DNA from: Dehalococcoidia bacterium | Lineage (GTDB): Bacteria > Chloroflexota > Dehalococcoidia > Lucifugimonadales > UBA6952 | Reading direction: 5' to 3' | NCBI GenBank assembly: GCA_022450525.1 | Contig: JAKUQA010000006.1 | Span: 912 to 64,911 of the forward strand | Length of the DNA stretch: 64,000 nucleotides | In this document: positions 31,569 through 41,700 of the stretch, piece by piece | How positions within the stretch are numbered: the first letter of the stretch is position 1 | Layout of the letters: the number at the start of each line of letters is the position of its first letter | Position numbers and translations under genes: made by a program | The notes under the pieces: model-generated | Told to the model about the DNA's origin: nothing | What the model saw: only the letters and a program-made list of their open reading frames with translations | Databases searched by the model: none

Positions 31569-32210
31569 ATGAATTTTTCAGTACGATTAATGAATAATAA
31601 TGATATTTCTGAAGTCGCAATAATTGAGCGGCAAGCCTTTCCAACTATGTGGCCACCTATTCCTTTTAAAAGAGAACTTGGTAATAAGTTTGCTGAATAT
31701 TTTGTTATTGTTTGCAAATTAGATGAACACTTAGTTATTCCTGAACCTCAACCAAATACTTCTTTTCTACAAAAATCGGTAAATAAAATCCGTGGTTTAT
31801 TTTTTTCAGATAAATTTGATGCAAAGGATTCATTTATAGTTGGATATCTTGGGATATGGTATACATTAGATGAAGCGCATATAACTTCTATTGCAACTCG
31901 AGAAGAATTTAGAGGTATGGGTATAGGAGAAATGTTGTTAATTGCCGCCTTTCAAAGAGCTTTTCAAAGGAAATCAAATTCAGTGACATTGGAAGTACGA
32001 GTGTCGAATGAAATTGCACAAAACTTATATTCTAAATATGAAATGATAGAAGTGGGAAAAAGAAAGAGATATTACTCTGATAATCAAGAAGATGCATTAA
32101 TTATGACTGCCGATGATATAAATACTGATGATTTTTATCATCAAATTCAAATAAAAATCAAAAAATATTTGGATAAACATCAAAATATTACATTACTTGA
32201 TGACAAATAA
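31569..32210 (+). CDS. GNAT N-acetyltransferase, RimI-like, with internal insertion and C-terminal tail
   Basis: 213 aa. IERQAFPTMWP start, acetyl-CoA motif RGMGIGEMLL, YSKYEMIEVGKRKRYY end of core. About 40 extra residues sit between the early strands. Confidence 0.6.
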   Translation: MNFSVRLMNNNDISEVAIIERQAFPTMWPPIPFKRELGNKFAEYFVIVCKLDEHLVIPEPQPNTSFLQKSVNKIRGLFFSDKFDAKDSFIVGYLGIWYTLDEAHITSIATREEFRGMGIGEMLLIAAFQRAFQRKSNSVTLEVRVSNEIAQNLYSKYEMIEVGKRKRYYSDNQEDALIMTADDINTDDFYHQIQIKIKKYLDKHQNITLLDDK

Positions 32211-32296
32211 ATAAATATTGAAATCTACAATTGTATATATATAGATCTTTAGTATTGACATTAGATTCATGATCGGTTTTCATTTATTCGTGGTAT

Positions 32297-32410
32297 GGGA
32301 TTGATTGCAAGGGTATATTATCCGAAGGCATTAAATCTATTTCATATCAATAGGGTTTTTTAATCAAAGGCAAGGACCCTGCTCTGGGGTTACCGAAGGT
32401 CAGAAAGGAG
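32297..32410 (+). promoter_or_regulatory. Candidate glycine-riboswitch-like structured 5' leader (one full aptamer plus truncated second repeat)
   Basis: Hand-folded. P1 TTGATT(32301-06)/AATCAA(32362-67). Hairpin GGGTA-TAT-TATCC (32311-23) is followed directly by GAAGG (32324-28). Hairpin TCTATT-7nt-AATAGG (32336-54), then AGGCAAGGAC (32368-77). Next comes GCTCTGGGGTTACCGAAGGTCAGAAAGGAG, which repeats the CUCUGG / CCGAAGG / CAGxAAAGGA core motifs without peripheral hairpins. 32368-32410 is 25/43 G+C in a genome of about 33% GC. Confidence 0.4.
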
Positions 32411-32470
32411 TTAAGATGCCCAAAATAATTTTAATTACTTGTTTTAGATTGTCGATGAAAGGAGGAGAAT

Positions 32471-33682
32471 ATGTCTAGTAGGTATCCTAAAGTCACTTAT
32501 ACCGAGCAAGGTTTAAGAGAAGGTATGCAAATCGAAGATGCTAATATTGCTATCGATGATAAAATCGAACTGCTGAATGCATTAGGAGAAACTGGTTTAA
32601 AAAATATAGTTGTTGGATCTTTTGTGAGCCCTCGATATACTCCACAAATGGCGAGAATGGATGAATTAATGTCCAAATTTAAGCCTATTGAAGGTGTAAC
32701 ATACACTGCATTAGCTCTTAATGAAAGAGGAGTTGAGAGAGCCAAAGAATATTCACCACCTCTTACTATTGAACGAGGTTCAGGTCGACCTTCTCTAAGT
32801 TGTCATATGTGTGACGTATTTGTTAGAAGAAATACAAACAGATCACAAATGCAAGAGATGGAAAATTGGCCAAAAGTTATTGCTCGAGCAATAGAAGCAG
32901 GTGCAAAGGAAGCAGGTATAGGTGCTAATGCTTCATTTGGATCTAATTTCCTTGGAGACTTTTCTGTAGATCAATATATGGCCTTACTTGAGCATCAACA
33001 TGCTCTTTGGGAAGATGCAGGTATTAAGGTTACTCAAGTTAGTATGGGTGATCCTATGGGATGGGTTCATCCAGAAAAAGTAGAACAAATTATCTACCGT
33101 GTGAAAGAAAAATGGCCAGAAGCTACTCATTGGTCATTACATTCTCACAATAGTAGAGGAATGGCTGTAACTTCTCACTATGCAGCATTACGAGCCCTTG
33201 GTCCAGAAGATGATTTAGCTCTTGATGGAACAATTGGTGGTTTCGGTGGTTGCCCTTATTGTGGTAACGGAAGAGCCACAGGTATGGCTCCAACTGAAGA
33301 TACAATGCATATGATGGAAGATATGGGTATTGATACAGGAGTAGATTTAGATAAATTAATCGAGACTGTATGGATGGCTGAAGAAATACTAGGAAGACAG
33401 TTGTGGGGACATGTTTCAAGAGCTGGACCCAGACCTTCGAATGGTATTGATGGAAGAAATGTTAAGACCAAGGTATACGATATGAATGCTCCTTTCGTAG
33501 AGACATTGGAACAAACCAAACATTTCAAACTTGGTTCAAAGGCTTACGAAGGTGGAGTCTATCCATGGCGTGAACCTATTGCAAGTCCATATAAAGATAG
33601 GCTTGATAAAGGATTGCCAGTTTTTGAGGTAGATGGTGATTGGCCTTGGAAAGAAGATTGGTTCCCAAAACCATCAAATTAA
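32471..33682 (+). CDS. HMG-CoA-lyase-like (HMGL/pyruvate carboxyltransferase fold) acyl-CoA lyase with C-terminal extension
   Basis: 403 aa. GLREGMQIE (cf. RDGLQ), LHSHNSRG (HxH metal site) and GGFGGCPY motifs of HMGL-like lyases. About 100 extra C-terminal residues, rich in W/P/K. Confidence 0.72.
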   Translation: MSSRYPKVTYTEQGLREGMQIEDANIAIDDKIELLNALGETGLKNIVVGSFVSPRYTPQMARMDELMSKFKPIEGVTYTALALNERGVERAKEYSPPLTIERGSGRPSLSCHMCDVFVRRNTNRSQMQEMENWPKVIARAIEAGAKEAGIGANASFGSNFLGDFSVDQYMALLEHQHALWEDAGIKVTQVSMGDPMGWVHPEKVEQIIYRVKEKWPEATHWSLHSHNSRGMAVTSHYAALRALGPEDDLALDGTIGGFGGCPYCGNGRATGMAPTEDTMHMMEDMGIDTGVDLDKLIETVWMAEEILGRQLWGHVSRAGPRPSNGIDGRNVKTKVYDMNAPFVETLEQTKHFKLGSKAYEGGVYPWREPIASPYKDRLDKGLPVFEVDGDWPWKEDWFPKPSN

Positions 33683-33701
33683 TCGAATAGATTATAATTT
33701 G

Positions 33702-33744
33702 TAGAGCGAACTTCAATATTCTGAGGTTCGCTCTATAATTTTTA
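33702..33744 (+). terminator. Rho-independent terminator after the HMGL-like gene
   Basis: Perfect 10-bp stem TAGAGCGAAC(33702-11)/GTTCGCTCTA(33726-35). It is extendable to 14 bp through T.G, T-A, C-G and A-T pairs, and is followed by TAATTTTTA. Confidence 0.65.
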
Positions 33745-33762
33745 GGACATGAGGGAGGAGAT

Positions 33763-34953
33763 TTGTTACCTTTAAATGATGTATTAATATTAGAAATAGG
33801 TTCAAGTATATCTGGCTCATATTGTTGTAAAATTTTAGCTGATTATGGTGCTAATATTGTGAAGATAGAAACAATAGACGGTGATTCTATTAGAAACGAA
33901 GAGCCATTTATTACAGATTCTTCAAATGATGATCATAGTACTCTTTTTTTGAGTTTGAATACAGGGAAAAAAAGTATCTCAGTTGATTTTGATAATGAAA
34001 AATCGATAGACATTATTGTTCAACTAGCGCAAAAAGCAGATGTTATCATAGATGGTACTACACCAGGATTTCTTGAAACAAAAGGCTTAATCTTTTCAGA
34101 TTTATTAGAACGCAACCCTAGTCTAGTAATTACTTCAATAACACCATATGGTCAAAGTGGTCCAAATAGTAATTGGGAGTGGTCCCAAATAAGCTTGGAA
34201 GCTTTTGGTGGCAATATGTATGTTAGTGGTGATTATGATGGGGAACCTATGTCATTTGGTGTTCCATTATTTCAATATGTGGCAGGCCAGGTAGCATTAA
34301 GTTCAACAATGATGGCACTTTTATGTGCTGATCGTATTGGAGGCCAATATATTGATGTAAGTATTGCTGAAGTAGTTACTTCATGTATACCCTATGCTTT
34401 ACAATATTATACCTATACAGGAGCTGTTTGGGGTCGTGGGCCTAAAGATCGATTGTTATTTGGTGTAGACTTATGGCCAGCTAGTAATGGCCATGTAGGT
34501 CTTTCAGTAATTCGGAGTACAGATTTCGAAGAAATTGCAGCATTTTTAGGTGTTCCTGAAATGTACGAAGAAAAATTTTCAACACCACAAGGTCGGGAAG
34601 AAAATTATGAAGAGCTAAAATCTTTATATTTGAATCGACTGCAAGAAATAGATAAAGATGATTTTTTTCATGAAGCTCATGCTTGGCGCCTGATGGCTAG
34701 TAGAGAATTAAATCCCAAAGAGTTATTACAGTGTGAACAATTAATTGAAAGAAATTATTTCACTAATATTGATCATGGAACATTATCAGGATTGCCTCAT
34801 GTTTCAAATGTATTAGGTTTAAATACAACTAAAGGTATACCTACAGAAGGTTCTCCATCGCTTGGTCAGCATTCAGAATATATTTTATCAACTATTCTTA
34901 ATTTCGAATCTGATGTTATTCGAGATATGAAAGATAAAGGGGTGATTAAATAA
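33763..34953 (+). CDS. Family III CoA-transferase, paralog 3
   Basis: 396 aa. VLILEIGSSISGSYCCKILADYGANIVKIE N-terminus. TTG start behind a GGGAGGAG SD. Confidence 0.78.
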   Translation: MLPLNDVLILEIGSSISGSYCCKILADYGANIVKIETIDGDSIRNEEPFITDSSNDDHSTLFLSLNTGKKSISVDFDNEKSIDIIVQLAQKADVIIDGTTPGFLETKGLIFSDLLERNPSLVITSITPYGQSGPNSNWEWSQISLEAFGGNMYVSGDYDGEPMSFGVPLFQYVAGQVALSSTMMALLCADRIGGQYIDVSIAEVVTSCIPYALQYYTYTGAVWGRGPKDRLLFGVDLWPASNGHVGLSVIRSTDFEEIAAFLGVPEMYEEKFSTPQGREENYEELKSLYLNRLQEIDKDDFFHEAHAWRLMASRELNPKELLQCEQLIERNYFTNIDHGTLSGLPHVSNVLGLNTTKGIPTEGSPSLGQHSEYILSTILNFESDVIRDMKDKGVIK

Positions 34954-34955
34954 CA

Positions 34956-36338
34956 ATGAATGATAAACTACTACCGTTACAGGGTGTAAGAATAATAGAA
35001 ACATCAGACATACTGGCTTTGCCAATGGCAATGAGTATACTAGGTGATATGGGTGCTGAAATAATTCATGTGGAATATGCACAAAGACCGAACTTTTATA
35101 GGTTTTTAGGTCCTTTCCCTGAAGGAGATCCTGGTATAAATTGGCATGATCGTTCAGGCGCTTTTAATGGATCAAATAGAAGTAAGAAAAGTTTTACCTT
35201 AAACTTGTCAGAAGATAGTGGACGTGATTTGTTCAAACATTTGGTATCTATCTCAGATATTGTGGCAGAAAACTTTTCTGCTAGAGTTATGACAAATTTA
35301 GGTCTAAATTATGAACAATTAAAAGAGATAAAGCCTGATTTAATTATGCTTTCTAATTCTGGATATGGACACACTGGGCCTTGGAAAGATTATGTAGGAA
35401 TGGCACAAGTGATAGAGGCAGCAACTACTTCACATCTTACTGGATTTTCTGATAAAACTCCGAGTAAAGCGGGACAGTCAATTATGGATCTAGTTGTTGC
35501 ATGGAATATAGTAAGTGCAATCAATATGGCTTTATTTCATCGAAATAAAACGGGAGAAGGTCAATGGATTGATCATTCAATGCTTGAAGCTTGCACCCCC
35601 ATAATTAGCTCTCCATTGCTAGATGTTGCATACAATGATAAGTATATTCAAAGGAATGGGAATCGTCATAATACCTATGCTCCGCAAGGTTGTTATCCGT
35701 GCAAGGGTAATGATGATTGGTTTGTTTTAACTATTAAATCAGATGATGAGTGGGGGAAATTTTGTGATTTAGTGAATGATGAAAGTTTATCAGCAAATAA
35801 GTATCCAAAGAATATTGATCGCATGACGAATCATGAAGAAATTGATAATCAAATTAAAAACTGGAGTCAAAATTTATCTAAACAAGAAGTTGTTGAAAAA
35901 CTGCAATCTATAAATATTGCAGCTGCCCCTGTTAATAATTCAAGAGATTTATTACTTGATAAACAATATAAACATCGAGAATTCTTCGAACAGGTAGATC
36001 ATTTCGAAGAAACTAATATAGGTAAACGTATATATTCTGGTCTACCATTTAATATGAGTAAAACAAATGGATTTATTCAAAATCCCACTGCTCCTCTTGG
36101 GTTTCATAATACCTATGTATTATCGGAATTATTGGGGCTCGATGAAGATAATATTCTAGATCTTGAAGACGATGAAGTAGTATCTGAATATAAAAGTGGT
36201 ACGGAAGTACAGGATATGCGTGTTGGAAACATGCCTGCTGGTTATAAACCAGCTTCTCCTTCAAATCAATCACTTATCGATAGAGGAGATGTGAGAGAAG
36301 ATGATACAAATTATAAAAATATTATTGAAGAGTTTTGA
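34956..36338 (+). CDS. Family III CoA-transferase, paralog 4 (with acidic C-terminal tail)
   Basis: 460 aa. LQGVRIIETSDILALPMAMSILGDMGAEIIHVE N-terminus and IMDLVVAWN Asp region. Starts 2 nt after paralog 3. Confidence 0.78.
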   Translation: MNDKLLPLQGVRIIETSDILALPMAMSILGDMGAEIIHVEYAQRPNFYRFLGPFPEGDPGINWHDRSGAFNGSNRSKKSFTLNLSEDSGRDLFKHLVSISDIVAENFSARVMTNLGLNYEQLKEIKPDLIMLSNSGYGHTGPWKDYVGMAQVIEAATTSHLTGFSDKTPSKAGQSIMDLVVAWNIVSAINMALFHRNKTGEGQWIDHSMLEACTPIISSPLLDVAYNDKYIQRNGNRHNTYAPQGCYPCKGNDDWFVLTIKSDDEWGKFCDLVNDESLSANKYPKNIDRMTNHEEIDNQIKNWSQNLSKQEVVEKLQSINIAAAPVNNSRDLLLDKQYKHREFFEQVDHFEETNIGKRIYSGLPFNMSKTNGFIQNPTAPLGFHNTYVLSELLGLDEDNILDLEDDEVVSEYKSGTEVQDMRVGNMPAGYKPASPSNQSLIDRGDVREDDTNYKNIIEEF

Positions 36339-36355
36339 TAAAATAGTGATAAATT

Positions 36356-38560
36356 GTGAATGATCAAATTTTTTCTGGACTTAATCCTGAACAACAGGAT
36401 GCTGTTAATACAACAGATGGGCCTTTATTGGTTTTAGCAGGTCCAGGTAGCGGTAAAACACGAGTTATAACCCATCGTATTTCTCATTTAATTAGTGAAG
36501 TGTCTATTAAATCACAAAATATTTTGGCGGTAACCTTTACCAATCGTGCTGCTAATGAAATCAAAGAACGTATAAATAATATGGTTATGAGCAGAGATGC
36601 TTTTAATATTCGATGTGGAACATTTCATAGCCTTTGCGTTTATATATTGAGGCAACACGCGAACTTTATTGGGTTGAATCAAAATTTTGTTATTTATGAT
36701 GATAGTGATCAATTACAGGTTATAACAGAATCATTAAAGGAATTACAGATTGATAATAAAAGATTTCCTCCTCGAGCCTTATTAGCTTCAATATCAAAAC
36801 ATAAAAGTAATTTAATCCCTTATGAAATTTTGAGTGGGGCAAGTCAGAACTTTTATGATGAAATCGTATCTAGAGTATATGAAACTTATCAAAAAACTTT
36901 AAATTCTAATAGTGCTTTGGATTTTGATGACCTTTTAATGAAGGCAGTTCAATTATTACAAAATTCGAAAGAAACACATGACTACTATAGTAATAAATAT
37001 GAACATCTGATGATTGATGAATTTCAAGATACTAATATAGCTCAATACACTTTAATGAAATTATTAGGCAATAAGTATGAAAATATATGTGTGGTGGGCG
37101 ATCCAAATCAATCAATTTATTCATGGAGAAATGCAGATATTAGAAATATATTATCTTTTCAAAAAGATTATCCAAATGCAAAGGTTATTCATCTTTCTCA
37201 AAATTATCGATCTACCCAAAATATATTAGATGCAGCTTCTAAGCTTATATCTTCCAATGATACAAATATTAACAATAAACTATGGACTAATAATGGTACT
37301 GGTGAATCTCTGATTATAGATGAAGGATATTCAGAAAAAGAAGAAGCTGAAAAAATTATTCATGAAATACAACGTTTGGTAAAGATAAAAAAATACAAAT
37401 GGGATGAATGTGCAATTATGTATAGAGTAAATGCGCAATCACGCGTAATTGAAGAAGCCTGTCTTTCGAATAAAATCCCATATAAAATTATAGGTGGTAT
37501 TAAATTCTATAGCAGAAAAGAAATAAGGGATGTGATTTCTTATCTAAAGGTTATAGCAAATCCGGATGATGATATTAGTATTGCTAGAATAATGAATGTT
37601 CCTCCAAGAGGAATTGGTGCTACTAGTTACAATAAATTAGTCGATTTCGCTAAAAATAATAATAAGACCATCTATAAGACATTGTGTACATTTAATAGTT
37701 CAGAAGAATTACAACAATCAGTTGGATTAACACGACGTGCTGCTATAGCTATAGATGGTTTTTCTAATTTGTTAAAAAACATTATTGCTGAGTCATTAGA
37801 TACAAAACCTTCTGAAATCATTCAAAAAATTATAACTGATGTGGGCTATCAATCATATTTACAACAGGATGAGACAAATGGTCTTGATCGTTTAGAAAAC
37901 GTAATGGAGTTAAAAGGCCTAGCATTACAATTACATGAGACTGAAGAAATAACATCAATGACAGATTATTTAGATAGAATAGCTTTAGTTAGTGATGTAG
38001 ACGGATTAGATAGAAATGAAAATTCTATAACTTTAATTACTTTACATCAATCGAAAGGACTAGAATTCCCAGTTGTTTTTATAGCAGGTATGGAGGAAGG
38101 ATTATTACCTCACATAAGAAGTATGGAGGATCCAGTACAGTTAGAAGAAGAGAGGAGACTTTGTTATGTTGGGATTACACGTGCAGAAAAATTATTATAT
38201 TTATTGAGAACATATAAAAGATATGGTTTTGGTCAAGGAAGTCAAACTAGTATACCATCACGTTTTCTTTCAGATATTTCAGATGTAAGTATACAAAGTT
38301 TAGAAAAAAATAATCCTAATTCACGTAAAGACATAACGACGCTAAAAACAAATATTAATAATAGCCAACAGGAAATTCAGTTATTAGATCCTATGGAAAT
38401 TGGAACAAAAGTCATTCACAAAACTTTTGGAGAAGGTATTGTTTTGTTATGTACTGAAAGTGGAAATGATTTTGTGATTGATGTTCATTTTAGCTCTGCA
38501 GGCAAAAAGAAATTATTGATGAGTTTGGCTAACCTAGAAATAGTTGAGAAATCAAAATAA
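36356..38560 (+). CDS. pcrA: ATP-dependent DNA helicase PcrA/UvrD (superfamily 1A)
   Basis: 734 aa. LNPEQQDAV, Walker A AGPGSGKT, DEFQDTN, VGDPNQSIYSWRNA, LSQNYRS, TLHQSKGLEFPVVF, VGITRAEKLLYL motifs. GTG start. Confidence 0.92.
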   Translation: MNDQIFSGLNPEQQDAVNTTDGPLLVLAGPGSGKTRVITHRISHLISEVSIKSQNILAVTFTNRAANEIKERINNMVMSRDAFNIRCGTFHSLCVYILRQHANFIGLNQNFVIYDDSDQLQVITESLKELQIDNKRFPPRALLASISKHKSNLIPYEILSGASQNFYDEIVSRVYETYQKTLNSNSALDFDDLLMKAVQLLQNSKETHDYYSNKYEHLMIDEFQDTNIAQYTLMKLLGNKYENICVVGDPNQSIYSWRNADIRNILSFQKDYPNAKVIHLSQNYRSTQNILDAASKLISSNDTNINNKLWTNNGTGESLIIDEGYSEKEEAEKIIHEIQRLVKIKKYKWDECAIMYRVNAQSRVIEEACLSNKIPYKIIGGIKFYSRKEIRDVISYLKVIANPDDDISIARIMNVPPRGIGATSYNKLVDFAKNNNKTIYKTLCTFNSSEELQQSVGLTRRAAIAIDGFSNLLKNIIAESLDTKPSEIIQKIITDVGYQSYLQQDETNGLDRLENVMELKGLALQLHETEEITSMTDYLDRIALVSDVDGLDRNENSITLITLHQSKGLEFPVVFIAGMEEGLLPHIRSMEDPVQLEEERRLCYVGITRAEKLLYLLRTYKRYGFGQGSQTSIPSRFLSDISDVSIQSLEKNNPNSRKDITTLKTNINNSQQEIQLLDPMEIGTKVIHKTFGEGIVLLCTESGNDFVIDVHFSSAGKKKLLMSLANLEIVEKSK

Positions 38561-38566
38561 TTTTGT

Positions 38567-38595
38567 TTGACAAAAATTTGAATATACCATAAAAT
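38567..38595 (+). promoter_or_regulatory. Sigma-70-type promoter candidate for rpoBC
   Basis: TTGACA (38567-72), a 17-nt spacer, then TAAAAT (38590-95), immediately after the pcrA stop. Confidence 0.5.
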
Positions 38596-38676
38596 AGGAG
38601 TTTATATTTTATAAAACAGGCTTATCATATCATATATAAGTTTCCAAAATAACTGGGATATCCCATTTTCTTTTTG

Positions 38677-38700
38677 CCATTCCTCATGGAATGGTATTTT
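38677..38700 (+). terminator. Terminator-like hairpin in the rpoB leader (possible attenuator)
   Basis: CCATTCC(38677-83)-TCAT-GGAATGG(38688-94) followed by TATTTTTT. It lies between the promoter candidate and the rpoB SD. Confidence 0.4.
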
Positions 38701-38727
38701 TTACATTCAATAAGGAGTGTGTTTCAT

Positions 38728-41700
38728 ATGGTTGCTATTGAACCTTCTGCCAATATTAAGCGTATTGAAAATAGTTTTGCTTCTAGCACCTTAGAGGCTA
38801 GTGTGCCCAATTTAATTCAGGTATTAAGTCAATCCTTTGAATCATTTAAAACTGAAGGAATGACTGAATTATTAAATGAAATTTCCCCGATTGAAGACTT
38901 CAATAACACTCGTTATGAGTTAAATTTCGTTGGTCACGAGTTTCGCGAACCTAAATATAGTGAATCAGAATGTAGAGAATTAGAAAAAACTTATGCTTCA
39001 GCCCTATATGTTACTGCGCAATTGAAAATTAAGCAGACCGGAGAAATCAAAGAGAATCAAATATTTCTTGCTGATATACCATTTATGACAACTAATGGGA
39101 CATTTATTATTAACGGTGCTGAACGCGTTGTAGTGAGTCAGCTTGTAAGATCCCCAGGGGTATATTTTACCGTTGAAGAAGATCCTGTTACAGGAAGAAA
39201 AATGGGAAATGCAAAATTTGTTCCATATCGTGGTGCATGGTTGGAATTTGAAACAAGTTCAAGGGATATCATATCTGTAAAAGTAGATAGAAAAAGAAGA
39301 ATACCTGTAACCACTTTTTTGCGAGCTATTGGTTTTGATTCTCCTCAAGCTATTTTAGATGAATTTAAATCTTTTGATACAGATACAGATCACACATACA
39401 TCAAAACAACTCTTGATCGTGATCCTAATGCGATTGAGAGAAAAGATGCCTTAATTGAATTATATCGACATATAAGACCAGGGGAACCCCCAACTTTGGA
39501 AAACTCTGAGGCTATGTTGCATAATTTATTTTTTAATCCAAGAAGATATGACTTAGGTAGGGTTGGAAGATATAAAGTAAACAAGCGTTTAGGCAGTGAT
39601 TATAATATTGAAGATAAAACCCTGACAAAGTCGGATATTATTGCAGTGGTTAAGAAAATTCTAGATATTAATAATGGTCGTGAAACTCCAGATGATATTG
39701 ATCATTTGGGTAATAGGAGAGTTCGAGCTGTTGGTGAATTAATTCAAAATCAGTTACGTGTTGGTCTCGTTAGAATGGAACGTGTTGTTAAAGAACGTAT
39801 GACGATTAATGATCCAGAAACTACTACACCTTCATCATTAATTAACCAACGACCAGTTGGTGCTGCAGTAAGAGAATTTTTTGGAGGATCTCAATTATCA
39901 CAATTTATGGATCAAACGAATCCTTTAGCAGAGTTGACTCATAAGAGAAGACTTTCAGCGTTAGGTCCTGGCGGGTTATCAAGAGAAAGAGCAGGGTTTG
40001 ATGTCAGAGACGTGCATCATTCTCATTACGGCAGAATATGCCCTATTGAAACTCCTGAAGGACCAAATATTGGTTTGTTGGGTTCTCTAGCAACTTATGC
40101 CCGAACTAATGAATTCGGTTTTATTGAGACTCCTTATAGAACAGTTGTTCATGAATTACAATCTCATGATGGTGAATTGATTGGGAGAACAATTAACGAA
40201 CCTGTCAGGGACGATCAAGGTAAAACTATAATTCGAAAGGGTTCTGTAGTTACAAATAGAACTTTTGCTAAATTAAGTTCATTACCTGAAATGAACATAA
40301 AGGTACAGGCTTATGTTACGGATAAACCTGAACATATACATTATCTCTCTGCAGACGATGAAGAAAAGTTCGTAATTGCTCAGGCAAATGCCGTTCTTGA
40401 TGAAAAAGGACAAATTTCAAGTGAAAAAATTGAAGTCCGAAGAGGTGAGGATTTCGCAATTGAAAGTCCTGATCAGATTGATTATATGGATATTTCTCCA
40501 AAGCAAATTGTTAGTGTTTCAACTGCCTTGATACCTTTCTTAGAGCATGATGACGCCAATAGAGCGTTGATGGGTTCAAATATGCAGAGACAAGCAGTTC
40601 CATTGCTGAGACCAGATGCACCAATTGTTAGTACCGGTATGGAAAGAAGAGTTGCGATTGACTCAGGTCAAGTAGTAATTTCTGATGTAGATGGTGAAGT
40701 TACAGTATGTGGAAGTGATTATATAGCCATACGAGATAACCAAGGTAAGGACTATGAATATCAATTAAGAAAATTCTTTAGGACAAATCAAGGCACTTGT
40801 ATGAATCAAAGACCTATTGTTTTTAAAGGCGATAAAGTTTATGCAGGTCAACCAATAGCAGATTCTTCATCTACTGATGGTGGAAGACTCGCCTTAGGAC
40901 AAAATGTTTTAGTCGCATTTATGAGCTGGGAAGGGTATAACTTCGAGGATGCAATAATTGTAAGTGAAAGATTACTCCAAGAAGATAAATTTACTTCTAT
41001 TCATATTGAAAAGCACGAATGTGAAGCTAGAGATACTAAAATTGGTCCAGAAGAAATTACAAGAGATATACCAAATGTAGGAGAAGAAAGTCTTCGGAAT
41101 TTAGATGAGGACGGGATAATTATGCCCGGAGCAGAAGTTGGCCCTGGCGATATATTAGTTGGTAAAATTACACCAAAAGGTGAAACAGATCTAAGTGCAG
41201 AAGAGAAACTGCTAAGAGCTATTTTTGGAGAAAAAGCCCGAGATGTTAAAGACTCTTCTTTACGAGTTCCCCATGGTGAAAGAGGTAAGGTCACAAAGGT
41301 TAGTATATTCAGTAGAGACAATGGTGATGACTTACCAGCTGGAGCTAATAAATTAGTAAGGGTTTGGATTGCTCAGACAAGAAAAATTTCTGTAGGAGAT
41401 AAAATGGCTGGTCGTCATGGTAATAAAGGGGTTATTTCCAGAATTATGCCTGTCGAAGATATGCCATATACCGCCGATGGTACTCCAGTTGATATAATTT
41501 TGAATCCATTAGGTGTTCCATCTAGAATGAACCTTGGTCAGGTTTTAGAAACCCATTTGGGTATGGGGGCGAAGGGAATGAATTTTGATGCAGTAACACC
41601 TGTATTTGATGGCGCAAGTGATGTCGGAATTCAGGATACATTAGCAAAATCTTGGTTTGTTACTGAATCAGGTTGTATACAAAAACACGGATCTATAGAT

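Noticed and set aside
38674-38727. N-terminal 18-codon extension of rpoB in the ORF track (TTG start, [18 protein letters not shown]).
   Set aside because: There is no SD before it. It runs through a terminator-like hairpin. ATG 38728 has an AAGGAG SD, and the conserved RpoB sequence starts there.
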